From: Yuukianura sp. NJ FZ-2021
Taxonomy: Eukaryota
Assembly (NCBI GenBank): GCA_046563655.1
Contig: CM102285.1
Location: forward strand, 9,610,001 to 9,674,000
Reading direction: 5' to 3'
Length of the DNA stretch: 64,000 nt
Of the stretch, positions 51,744-64,000 are shown piece after piece. The notes below the pieces were generated by a model, which was not told where the DNA came from, made no database searches, and saw nothing but the letters and a program-made list of their open reading frames with translations. The position numbers and the translations under genes are program-made. The first letter of the stretch is position 1, and each line of letters opens with the position of its first letter.

Positions 51744-54700
51744 TTACGAATCTACTCCTAGTCCCATGCCCATCCATCTATCCGGGACAAGCAGGAAGTA
51801 TCGATACATTGCTTCACAGAAACGAGTTTGGTATTCGTCAGGTGAAATCACAGTAGGCGTTTTCCCTTGTCCTCCGAGAATACCTGAGGCCTTTACGAAC
51901 GCTTCAATCTTCTTATCCCAAGTAAATGTACGAATGTAATCTGAAAAACGAAGAAAATTAACAAAAGTGAGCAACTTTCTCCGCAACAGAAGCATTAACC
52001 AACCGAATAATCTTCTGGCGTAGTCAAAGACTCCTTACCTATTATTCCTACAACCAATTCGTTCGACTCATCATCCAATCCAACCAAAAGTGAATAATCC
52101 ATTACCATTTGGGAGGCTAGAAACTTGGAATCATTGGTTATTGCCATTGTCAAGACAGTTTTTGTATGCGGTCGAATGTACAGCGGGTTTTCGCAGGCCA
52201 CTGAAAACCAAAATATAAGATTTAGGACTGCTTATAATAGGAAGGTGAATTTTCAGTATTACAATGTTAATGCTCGAGAAGGGACTTACTGTTGACTAGA
52301 TTTTCATCAAGGAGAACAAGATCTTCAACTTTCCCATTTTGCGTAGCTAAGCGATTTCGGATTGACCCCTTGAGGTCAAACTTCTGAGAAATTCGTCTTT
52401 GGTAGAACAAATTCTCCATCACGAGGATATCTTGCTTAGATGCGGCATTGTTCTGAGAATTTTTAAAACCAATTCTGTAGACTCCAACAATTTTAGCAAG
52501 TACTGTTGGCTTCTTGTCCATGTAGCACCCCTTCATGTACTTGAAGTAGTTTGGAGCAATATCCAGAAATGAATCAATTTCGAATTTTGACATTTGCTTG
52601 ATTACGAATCTATCATCTAAAAAAATACAACGTCAATTTTTCACTCACAAAAGTAAAAGAAGTAAGACCGTGAAATTTCAAATTCTTACCAATTGTTTTA
52701 CAAAAATTCGATCCTGATTTTCCACCCGAAGCTGCCCAAGACACACATCGCGAAATAGAGCGGACATAGAATTCTTCTCCCTCTGCTACACACATTTTGC
52801 GTAACTGTCGAAACTTTTCAGCAAAATAAACGCGACAGTAGAACTTTGCTGCAGAACTTGCAAATTGAATTTCAATATGAGCCTGCGTTTTGCAGTTCCT
52901 GTAAATAGAAAACACATTGTAAAATGAACCTCATATCAATTACTGTCAGGTAAAGTACATGTCTTTGTCATCGCCATCATCAAAGTATATCACTTTGTCA
53001 TCAGTGACGGAACAGTGCTGTGAACCATATGAAGAGGAAAAGTCTTCAGTGGGTTCCGCAACTTTTTGCTTCTTTCCAGCCCTGTAAATGAATACGAAAC
53101 ATTATGTACAAACATTGTACAATTTGTCAGTATTTTTATGGCTTTAATTACGTTGAATTAGATGCGTTCTCTTCCTCTGTTCCCAAAAACTTTGCAGCAG
53201 CAGTTGAGGGGCCCTGTGGAGATAGTTTCATGAGATCCATTCGTTTGTTTTGATATTCAGTAGAACTCAGCGCAAAAGCAACAATGGAACTTGGTTCGGT
53301 CTCGTAAACTACAATTGGAATGGTTGTCAAACTCGGATGAAGGTGATGTTCGTTCGGCATCCACGGAAACTGTAAAACGAAGTCTCATGTCATTTTTCAA
53401 ACTAAAAACTAACTACAGTATCAACATTAGATTATAGCACAACATAACTGCTCACCGGTACAACTTGAATTCCACCCGCAGGCGTCATGAAGTGTGACAT
53501 CAGCGTTTTGACAGTGCTGTTAGTACTTGACTTTCGGTCTGATTTTGAATCAGTCGAGTCGTCACAGGCAACTCCTCCGTATTCCCCGGATGATCGGAGC
53601 GCTTCGGGTTTCGGTTTCTCGTGATTTGGTAAACTTGGTGAAGGTTGGGATGATGTACTTTGCAAAGTCTTTACCGATGGCATTCCTTGCAGCGCCTTGT
53701 CATCCAAGCCTAAGGGATTCAGTAAAACTGCAGGAAGCGATGGAGCAGGAGATTTTGTTAGATGTTCCACAACTCCAGTAATCGTCATATCCACAGTACC
53801 TCCGCAAACTGCACACAGGGTTAAGTTAAACAAACGCAAGTTAATTTACGTAAATTATTTTATTTATTTATCAGAAAATGTAACGAAAAATAGGGCTTAC
53901 GTGACTCTTCCAAATTTCTTGGAATACTGGTTGTACTATTCGCATGGCTCATGGCTTCGAGCAAAGACGCTTCGCTTTCCATTCTACTTATTGGTTTTGA
54001 ATTTCCTTCCGTTGTAGTGTCAACGGGCTGTTTCCCAGCAGCCTGTCAAATTTTAAAATCTAGTTTTATCGCGTAATTGTAATTGCATTATAAAAGCTCA
54101 ACGGAATACCTTTGCCTGTTTTTCTTCCTTTTTCCGAAAATTTTCGGTATCTTGCAAATTTATGTTCCACCGCTGGACGGTGTCAGCAATGAAACTTCTC
54201 AAAAATCCAATTGAATCGGCGACTTTCCAAAGTTCACTTTCGACCTCTATTGAACAACAAACCATTCAGCACCTTAGTAGTTTGAAGAAACACAAGTCTA
54301 GGGAATAAATTCGAAGTAATCGAGAAATAGCAACCTTGGCGGTCCGACATGGATAATTTTGGTGACGTTAAGCTCATCTGGATTTCCTCGATTTTTGTTC
54401 GAAATTCGTTTTGCTCCTCCTTAGATTTATCGAGAAGTGATTTGATTGTTTCTGGCAAGTCAAAAAAAAATTAGTTTGACCAAAATCCAATAAAATGAAG
54501 CACATTTAACCACGTTACCTTCAACTTTCAATCCGGAAGAATGGTCCCGCAATGTCACGAGCATTTCAAAAATGCTGGCATACACTCCATGCCCAGTGAT
54601 AGCCACAGATTTGATATCTTCAGCTAGCAGTGCGACTGATTTTGGTTCCGTCTTGACGCTTAATAACGTTAGCGGCAGGCTTATCTCCCAAATCTTGATG

Positions 54701-57700
54701 CGAGAGTACCTACAAGAGTTTCAATTCCACAATTAACTCAAGTTACCAAAAGAATATGTAACTAAAAAATAAAATACTCACTTAAAGGAACACACAATAC
54801 TATTCTGCGCAAAGTACTGAACATTTTGATGGTGGAGGGAATGTGGACAGTAATTGTGACTTCCGTGACTTCTCCTCGTGTAATGTTGCCCATGAAACCG
54901 GAGTTCCAAGTATTTTGCAAATGAAAGTGACCAAGCATCAGACGACATTGGCACTATCGGAGAAACCTGAACGTTGTTATATATCGTTAAGAACACAAAT
55001 AAGAAAAATACTAATCTGTATTTTAATTTTAGCGTAAACTTTACCGTTTCGCATATAGAGCACCAGTTCCACATCAAAATGTTGTCTGCAGCACCAATGA
55101 TTGGTTTTGGGAGCTCCTTCAAACTCAATGTGACGCAGCCATGTTCATGTACGAATCTCCTAACGTGTGAACTAATCATCGGCTGGTCGCAAGGTTTCGA
55201 AGGACACAAGTACGTCTTTCTAAAACAATATCGTTCCAAAAACATGCCAAGAGAAATGTCATTCCTCCCGTACATGTCCATATTGACAACCCTGGGAATA
55301 CAAAGTAAGGAATATTACATTACACATGTAAGTTTTGTTATTAATGCCGAGCGAACATGAACTTACCAAGGATTGACACAAAATGACGGAAAGTTGCAAG
55401 AGAGCATCGAGAAACTGCAAAACAGAACTGATAACTTTTGGTGCTTGAACGGATCCAGTGACTCGACTCTTCCAGTTTCACTAACGCCCAATACTTCAAA
55501 CTGACTTCGCGTGTCAAGCTCGGCTTTCCTTGAATCTACATCATTCGAAGCAGTGATTGGCGCAGGAGCAAACCCACGGCAATGTCCTTTGCGTCTGAAA
55601 TCTGCTAAAAGTCCCTGGACATTATCGGAATCCAAAGGTTCCGACAATTTGTCGAAGATAAACGGATGAGGATTAGTTAATTTTGAAGGCAGCGGTGATG
55701 CAGTCCTAGATTCCAATGGCTCACAGAACGTCGCTTCTGTTTTTCCATAAAGCAGCGACGACCAATAAATTTCTTCTGGGAAAAACGATCTGAGTTTATA
55801 TGCTTTCCCTTCTTCAGTTTCCAAATATGGTACGGTGTAGTTGATGAATGGCGACGATGACAGCAGTACATTGGATAAGCATCTCTTGAAGGAATATCTT
55901 TTTCCAGCAGATTCTGTCGGGTCTGGAACGTATTTCACAGTTAACGACAATTTGTCTCCGGAACTCGTGTCTTCTTCCTGACTTGGAGGTATTGCTGACT
56001 GTAATGGATCGCTTAAATCGTCACAAACTTCTGTTTTAAGCGTAGGAGTAGAACTTCTCTCTGTCAATTCCCCGAAGGATTTCTTGGAAACTATAATCGG
56101 ATGAGTCTTCGATTCTGGAAGTGAGTTCTGAACGGAGGATTCAGGCGTAACTTCAGCGACGGCATCCGGTGAATTGAAAATGTTGAAATCCGCGGTACGC
56201 CGCTTTCCGTTTTGATCAGTTTCATTTGGCGGCATCGCAAACAAATCAATATGAAATGATCTCTCCAGTCTCCAGTTATATGCGACGAGCATCATTAGCG
56301 ACATGATCTTCTTGACTTTGACGAGTTCTCGTCGATTTCCACCGCGGAGAAGAACGGTACAGCCAAGATGAGTTGCACATCCATCAAAAAACATAAGCGT
56401 TTTACTTGATCCGTCGCGAAGAGTAAACGTTTCCAAATAAAAATTATGACAAAGTCCTAATTGTGGTCGTCCAATTGGAGTATCCGCAGAAGATTCAATA
56501 ACACCTTGTGTTGATCTTGCTACCCGCTCCATCACTGATGATTTGACGTTCAGTACCAAAGTAATTCCAATGTCCAGTAGAAATTCTTGGGCAAGGCGGG
56601 ATACCGACTTTTCAACCAGTACAATATTTGGTGACAAGGAACTTATCCTGGATACTGTATTCTTTAAGTAATCGTATTCTTGCATCACGAGTGGTTCGAG
56701 GGATAGAAAGCGATTTTCAAATCGCTGGTAATCAATGGAAGATCCAATCAGAAGAATTTTCGGTGCTTTTAACTTGGTTCTCATTCGACGATGAGCGACA
56801 TTCTTGGTACAAACGACTCCATTTACAATTCGGCAGTCTTCTTTTGCTCCTCCATCGACTTTTTTGAATTGAACGTACTGCCGAATATCCATGTCGTCGT
56901 CGGCATGCTTAACGTCTGGGCGAACAATTTCTGTTACTTTGTGGACAATTGGTAAAATGATGTCAGCCCAAGATGGAGAAACGTTCAAGCGCTCAAGAAC
57001 TTGGACTAGCAATTCGTTTTCGTGGCGAATGTAAGAGTTGCAGAGGTGTTGAAAAGCCATGAGCTCATCGTCAGTGGTTAACTGTTGAGGTAAGTGCCAA
57101 CCGGAAGGAGGATTCATTTCGTTGTCAATGTTCAAACGATCCTTCTGGGACAAAATCGTATTTTGAAGGAATTCGTCCGTCATTGTCTCTGTAGTGATGC
57201 TCATTGAAGATGGTTTTCGGTTTCCTTTTGGCGTATTCTTAATCGAAACTGGCTCGGTTTGGTTGTACGGGTCAACTCGTTCCTTCTCCTTTGGTTTTGA
57301 GATGGACACACTATTGTCGGCAGTATTCATGTCCAGTGAATAAAGGGAAGACGATGATGGAAGACTAGTTTTAGCACTTTCGTCTTGAACAGTTCCAGTA
57401 TTCTCTTCGGCAGTAATGTTGTCGACAGGCTTTGTAGTATTGATTTGTTTCATCCAAAGAGGATCCTGATGGCCAAACTGATCTCCATCAGAGCGTCTGT
57501 TGTCACTGGATTCCGGAATGTTTGAAAGAACGGAAGGAAGCGGTAAATTGACTGGGCGGTACAAAGCATAAGCGTCCAGAAAAACTTGCTCGGCTTGAGA
57601 GACGCATTCGATCAAGTTGACATCCAGGAGCATCTGACCAATCTGTACACCTTGACCTCTCCAACTGATTTTCCTTTGGGCCAGAAGCCAATCCACCAAA

Positions 57701-59169
57701 TCGCTTCCAACGGCGCAATTAGATGGATTCTTAACGGAACGATTCGAGGCCCACGAAGCGTTCCAGGCAACTCCAGTAGTTGGGTTACATATGTCGTCCC
57801 ATAAAGCCTTTATGCTCACCCAGTCGCATTTCATGGTTGCATCATCTCCCCCGTCGAAAGAACTGTTTTCTTGATTCTGGCTTCCGATAAATCGCTCTTC
57901 TTGATAAACCAATGAAGCTTTTCTTCTGGGTAAAGATCGATAGGAAGCAATATGTTCGACAGAGGACAGAGATCCGTATTGTTGCCCACCACCAGAATAG
58001 TTTCCACTGTCGGTTGCAACAGAATTCCCTCCGAATCGACTCTGCAGATCTTCTTGGACAAGTCGTAATTCACTCGTTAAATCCGTGTTCAAATCGGTGG
58101 AGTTCAAATACGAAAGAACAATTTTGCAGCAATAAGTGCACACTCTCAAATCCCCTAAAAAATGAAGCACTTCATTAGACAAAATCATAAAATACACAGA
58201 TCCTGGGAAGCTTTGCAAAGTTAATCAGCCGTTTAGTTTACCAGAGTATCCAATAATTTTTCCTGGAATTTCTTGACTGCAACATCGAGAACAGAATATT
58301 TGTCCACACTAAATCATTTTACAAAAGATTATCGTTTGTAGATCGAGTACAATGGTTAGGTTACAGGATTGCTTACAATTCGGCAATGATGTTTCCTTCT
58401 AAACGTTGTAAATCTTTCGGCACACTCGTAACACTCTTTGCTAACAGAATCTGGCATCCAATACTTCCTGATATCTGTCTGATTCTGTACACACGTCAAA
58501 ACCAATAATTTAGATCTTTTTCGCTAAACAAATATTTGAACAGTGATTTCATTTACGTTCGATCCCATAGCTATTAAATTGCTGATGCGTCGTAGGACAT
58601 TCGGTAGGGTCCTCGCTTCGAATGGTGACACATTTCCTTCTAGTAACTCTGGAGACGGATTTGACAAGTTGGAATCCGATCGGTTTAAATAGGATCTTGT
58701 CGAAACTGATAGCCTTTTGCTCAAAGCAGATTGCGTTTTGAAATCTGGAATTGGAGCGAGAGTGGAAGTTGTTGACGATGAACTCATGAGTGCGTTGCGT
58801 TCGTCGAACTCTGTCGCAGCACTGCGCGCTGGAAGGGAACTTGTGAGAGAGGATTCAGGATCCAAACTATCTCCGGGTCCGGATGCCTTATTTCCATTGC
58901 CAGTTAGAAAATATGGGTCAGGGTCAGAATTTAGCGACGAAGTTTCCGGATCAGCCCCACTGGTATTTCTCTGCTCATCTAAAGTACAACAAAAATGCCA
59001 GTTTAGAACACTGTTTCCCTTAAATAGAAATATGCATGCCCAGTTTCTTACCCCCGTTACGTTTCCACCAGATCAACTTCGAAAATGAAAATTTTAATCC
59101 ATCAGGTTTTTCATCAGGTTCAAGTGGAGGAAACTCCGTTAATTTGTTTCTGGAATTCAGGTTACTCAT
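51744..59169 (-). CDS. fab1: 1-phosphatidylinositol-3-phosphate 5-kinase Fab1/PIKfyve (FYVE, DEP, CCT-like, CCR, PIPK domains), multi-exon with one ~2.8 kb exon
   Basis: FYVE YWMPDS..KECYEC...FRRKHHCR, CCT-like GVVCTKNVAHRRM, CCR WSLSFAKYLELRF, kinase GGKSGS, FDLKGSIRNR, MDYSLLVG, GIIDYIRTFTWDK, PTVISP. Confidence 0.95.
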
Positions 59170-60556
59170 TTTCTACTCCAGCACCACGCGTACAAACTCA
59201 GAGGCTGCGGCTGGTACTCTAGCAGCAGCGTATATGAATGACGGACGGCTTTCCCTTTTTAAATGCTGGATGGTGCTCGTCTATGTAACTTGAAGGAAGT
59301 GTTTAATATGTTGTAGCGTGGAAATGGTTCAACGAACGAATCAATCAATTGAAAACGAAGTGATGCTGGATGCCCACCGCCACCGCCCTGAAGCCTCAAG
59401 TCCAGCAGAAGCAGATCATCCAGCGAATTTGAAAATGGGTGGTACCCATCTCCATACAGATAAATACTATTTATAATTAGTATTATGTAATACTAATATC
59501 GTTGAGTGAGTGATGAATTGATGAATTCACTAATGACTAATGTCAGTCACTGGCTCTCCTTTTTATGGATTGAATTTAGTTAATTAAAATCAGCCACACG
59601 TTGTCTCACACTTTCTGTTCTAAAAAACAATTAACGAGACGATGAGTCCCTGAGTTTAGTATATTTTTTCTTCATTTATGATTTAAATTTATTTATCTTT
59701 AAATCACCTGTTTACATTGTTTTAGGTTTGACAAAAAGCTGCCCCAGACTGTTTCCAAACGTCAAATACCATTCAACTATCGTAGTGCTGGGCAGAATAA
59801 CGTAGCCAAACTAACTTTTTGTTTTAATTCGTATTTCAATTTCGCACTTTCTTCAGTTTTTTTTTGTAGCGTTCTCATTTTCATTTTCGATAGTTTTCAC
59901 TTTTCAAATTCATTTCAATTGCTTTCATCATGATTTGAAATATTTTATTTTCTTAAATTTCCTAGTATGTAATATTTTTCTACTTTTTAGTGAACTGTCG
60001 CTTGAAATTGGTATGGGACTAGCATCCACTGTCATAAGCGTTAGCTTCTTGTTGCAGACGCTTGTTAGGACAGGCGAACCACCGCAACTTGAGCAAATAA
60101 GACACAAGTGTTTTTTAACAAAGCGGATTTATACTGGAAATATGGCCTTCTACAATATGAATATCCAATATTTTATTGCATTATATGTTATATTAACAAG
60201 TATTCGGATTAATTAGGATAGTCACACTATCAAAAACCTTCCACCCACGCTATAAACACACTTGGGAAAACACCATAACCTCTAAATGTGATCTCCGCTT
60301 TAGGTTAGCCTTGCGACAAGCTTTCCATCGGCCATTTTGGGAGTATTTTTTATCTTATTAGCTTAGCCTTGCGATTTTTTGTATCCGTACTTTTTGGAAG
60401 AGAAAGTGAGGGTGAAAGTACTTGGAATTTATACTGGTCCCAGTTACAGTTGAAACAAAAATTGATTGGATTGGACAGACCGTGGCCTCGGTGCTTCCAT
60501 TTTCAAAATTTTGAAATTTTTTGTTCAGTACAACACAAAATTAGATAGCAAAGGTT

Positions 60557-62292
60557 ATGGATGAGGAGGGGACGGTGACAGACAATGGAATATTTTCAAC
60601 TACGACTGTGGCTGCGACAACAGAAAGTGACGCAAGTCCCAACTCCTTCTCAGACTTCTGGACAGATCATCGACCTTGGATCAGAATACTTAATTTTCTG
60701 ATTCATAGTCCAAGGGGCTTGGCACTGCTGATCGGTGTTGTCATCTTTGTTCTAATTGTGATGCTAGGGATCTGCGTTTGCTTTTGCGTCAAGTACCTGC
60801 GAAATAAAAAAGAGACTGCCAGAAGAAATACTGCCGTCTATTCAACTCCGTCGACGTTCTTGCCTCAACCGCCTCCCGGTGACCTCAGTGACCCCAACGG
60901 AACAGGAAAGAAGACTTCTGCGTCAAAGATCGACTACAAGAATATAATTACCCCGGAACGCAGTATAGCCTTTGTAGTTCCGACGGTAAGGGAAACTGAT
61001 CTGTCATTGTCACTCGAAAGCGTATAGCCAATCATGTAATTTTGAATTATTTTGCAGATTCCCACGCAAATTCAAGGAAAATGTCGACAGTCGTATCCAT
61101 GTCACGTGACCTCAGCGCCTAACTCCACAAGGGAGAGGTCAATTTCAGGAAGTAGTCAAGCAGGCATACCCATTCCGCCATTTCTTGAAACTCAATTTTT
61201 CCCGCAATTTCAATTTGAAGAAACAACGGACCGTCCGCAAATTGGATTTTCCTTAGGTTATGATCATGTCCATCAAACGCTTCAGCTTCGAGTACTGGCT
61301 GGATCCAATTTTCCAGATACTGGACTCAACTATTCAGTTCACATGAAGTTGTATCCAGGACGTGGAAGTAAACAGAAAACGAAGGAATTTGCAAGTCCGA
61401 ATCCCGTTTACAACCATGAAGCCAATTTCCATGTTCGCGGAAGCGTTCTTCAGACAAAAGTGCTCAAGCTAAGAGTCGTCGGGACACGGACAACGGCCGG
61501 AGTGATAGGGACGAAAAGTCTGTTGGGTGTGGTCAATTTGGCCATGAAAGACATTCCAATTGTGAATCACAATGAGGTGACCTCTGACTTCCGAACTGGG
61601 ATTCTCTGGATAGGATTGGACCATCCTCAACAAGTTGCGGAAGGTGTTCGACTCTTCGTGTCTCTAAAATGGTCCAATGATCCATCTCCGGGATTACTCG
61701 TGCTAAAAATTCGGGAAGCTCAGGGACTTCATGAAATTACAGATGCAGACTACAGTAAAAAATTCACAAAAATTTGATTTGATTTTTAGTTTTCATGAAA
61801 TGTGATCATTGTTTAAATTCTAGCATCAACGTACGTGAAAGTGACATTACAGGAGCAAGGAAAAAGTATTAAGTCAAGGAAGACACGACTGATACGCTGG
61901 GGAAGTTTACCGGATTACGACGACACTTTTGTAGTTACGGTTCCACAAGACGTACTTTCTCATGTCTCCTTTCTCTTGGCGCTGATAGCACGGGGACGAC
62001 TAGGTAAATACATTATGTTGACACTAACGTTAGAATAGCATCAGAATGGTTCTTGAAGTTTCTTAACATTATTTGTGCCAATTCATTTTTGACATTAATG
62101 GGCTAATTTTAATTCGTTGTCTTCATAGGATCCAAAACGATTTTGGGTAAGCTTATAATAGGTTCCGATCCAGATACACATCCGTCGAGTTCGCATTTGA
62201 AATCTGGATTCGCTTCGGGGTCTGAAATCTGGGAAGACATTTTGCATCAACCGAACGTTGAAATTTGTAGATGGATTCAGTTACAACCTTGA
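60557..62292 (+). CDS. Synaptotagmin-like protein (N-terminal TM + two C2 domains), probably Ca2+-independent; exons 60557-60985, 61058-61754, 61824-62003, 62129-62292
   Basis: TM ALLIGVVIFVLIVMLGICVCFC followed by basic residues. C2A FSLGYD..QTLQLRVL..NPVYN and C2B LVLKIREAQGL..YVKVTL..KSRKTR; ends RWIQL. Confidence 0.8.
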
Positions 62293-63079
62293 ACCACAAT
62301 TCAATTAAATTCAATTCTAAATTATTTCTTCGAGTGTGTGACCAGCAGTTCAGCAGAACGCTGTTGGATTAATGTGATTACTATTTTAACATCAAAATCG
62401 ACGCAGCCTAGTTTAATTAATAAAAATTGTGCTGTTGATGCGCGTCTTCGTCTCTTGAAAAATCAACCGGCTATATCAGGGATTTTTTTAAACAAACAGG
62501 TTCGGCGATAGTTCGCTTCTCAAAAATTTCCAAAAAAAACCTTTGAGTTCCGACCTAATCGTCAAATTCAAAAAACCTGTAGTTCGTCTCTTTTCTGCAA
62601 GTCATTTCTGCTTTTAGGTCATTTTTTCAGATTTGTTGTAGATTAAGTGATGATACAATCCTGCCGTTCGTCTAACTTTGGACACTAGGTTCGTCTAGTT
62701 TGTTTTTTGCCAATAAGTTTTTAGGACATTCGTCTCGTTTGCTACTCCCAATTCTAGAAATGAGCACCCACAGCTTAAGATTCTGAAATTCCTGATGCAC
62801 TTTTGTGTATTTTTAAAAGGTTGATGTACGAGTACTATTTACAGATGAGTCTTTTGTAAATGAATTCTGCGAAAACTAAAAACAAAAATAAGGATTGGGT
62901 TGCATGTGGGCAGGGCAGAGAGAGATGTACTCAAGGAGACAAAATGTGACGCTGATCTTGTCGCTTTCAGTTTGAATTTCGCTGGCGAGGCTGCCAGGGA
63001 CTTAAGTCTAACATTGACATTTTGCAATTCAAACAAATTTTTGAAGTTCTACTTTCACTTCCCAGATAAATCAAGACTG

Positions 63080-64000
63080 ATGGCTTTGTTGGTGAAAGTA
63101 CTTTTTGTTCTATTGCCACTTTCACTTCTTCCTTTTGTGTACGGAGGAGATGGAGTGTTTAGAAAAACTCGCCAATTCACAGTAAGTGATTCAAATTCAA
63201 TTCTGTGTGAAAAGTTTTTTTTAATAATATTAGTAATAACATTAATAATTAATGATATACTTAAAAAAGTATTGAATTGTAGGTGTGTCGAGACGGACAG
63301 TGTCACGACCTCAGGTCATTGCCCTCCATGGACTACTTGAACAAGCTTTTGTTTAGCTTTGGGTCATGGGGCGCATGGTCACCTTGCAACAAGGATTGTT
63401 CCACGTTTCGTTCACGGTAAGGTTTAAGGTTATCCTGAAAGTTTAGGTTATTCTGAGGTGTTTACAATTTAGGTTTAAAAATTTTTGAATTTTTGAAAAC
63501 GTTGAATTTTGTAAATTTTTTCGAAGTGTCTGTCGCTTTGCCTTTCTCTGCGGAACAACGGTTGTGAATGAAGAGGCGTTTTGTTTCTATCCTGGAACGA
63601 AATGTGAGCACATTTTCAACAATTACAGAAAACAAGCTCCTTGGCTCCATAGTTCAGCTGAACCAATTCCAAATTACGGTACGTTTGAACATTATTCTAA
63701 AAACTTTTTGAAACAACTAGCCATGGTTCAAAAGAAATCAAAAGATGAGGATTTGTTTTTGAACCGGCGAAGCGATTTTGATAATCTTATGGCTTTTGCA
63801 GACACTCCTGACGAAAATCCCGAAAATACTGCCCAACATGACCATTCCGGTAGTCGACAGCGTGTTGCCAGTGAACGTGTTCGTGATCCCGAACTTACGA
63901 ACCGTCACCAGTACTCTGTTCCAGAAATTGCATATCCTGGAAGAGGTCAAAGTACAATGGGTTCTGAACCGCATGTGAATGACCTGAGCAGAGAGACCTG
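63080..64000 (+). CDS. Partial secreted protein with a thrombospondin type-1-like repeat (runs off the window; possibly a TSP1-serine protease); exons 63080-63181, 63283-63416, 63527-63678, 63802->64000
   Basis: Signal peptide MALLVKVLFVLLPLSLLPFVYG. Spliced FGSWGAWSPCNKDCSTFRSRVC...CG....EEAFC matches the TSP1 pattern. The protease domain is not visible in the window. Confidence 0.65.

Noticed and set aside
25365..62292. Functional endosomal gene cluster (Shrub, PPxY proteins, Fab1, synaptotagmin-like)
   Set aside because: The genes are spread over 37 kb among unrelated genes, and there is no evidence of co-regulation; chance is sufficient.

Overview
Eukaryotic, AT-rich, gene-dense arthropod DNA with many 55-120 nt GT-AG introns. 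The gene content and style suggest a hexapod such as a springtail (inference only). From left to right: Kruppel homolog 1 (8 C2H2 fingers, minus strand) sitting alone in a ~23 kb gene-poor regulatory domain; threonine synthase-like 2; an intronless CHMP4/Shrub; a tandem pair of small single-pass membrane proteins with twin PPxY motifs; a two-pore K+ channel with a clip-domain gene nested antisense in its third intron; a signal-peptide double-C2 protein; an RR-2 cuticle protein; small chitin-binding-like secreted proteins; the IR8a co-receptor; a second paralogous K2P channel; Fab1/PIKfyve; a Ca-independent synaptotagmin-like gene; and a partial TSP1-containing secreted protein. The most interesting signals are cis-regulatory. 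The Kr-h1 domain holds 11 CACGTG E-boxes, four of them in a repeated fixed-spacing composite (AGGTCA-like half-site, 5 nt, CTCCACGTG), plus many DR1 nuclear-receptor repeats and two matches to the Kr-h1 binding-site consensus. Together these suggest a JH/nuclear-receptor/autoregulatory module. Also notable: a 24-bp mucin repeat recoded by two compensating frameshifts, and a secreted copine-like C2-C2 protein. All exon boundaries were read by hand and no database searches were run.
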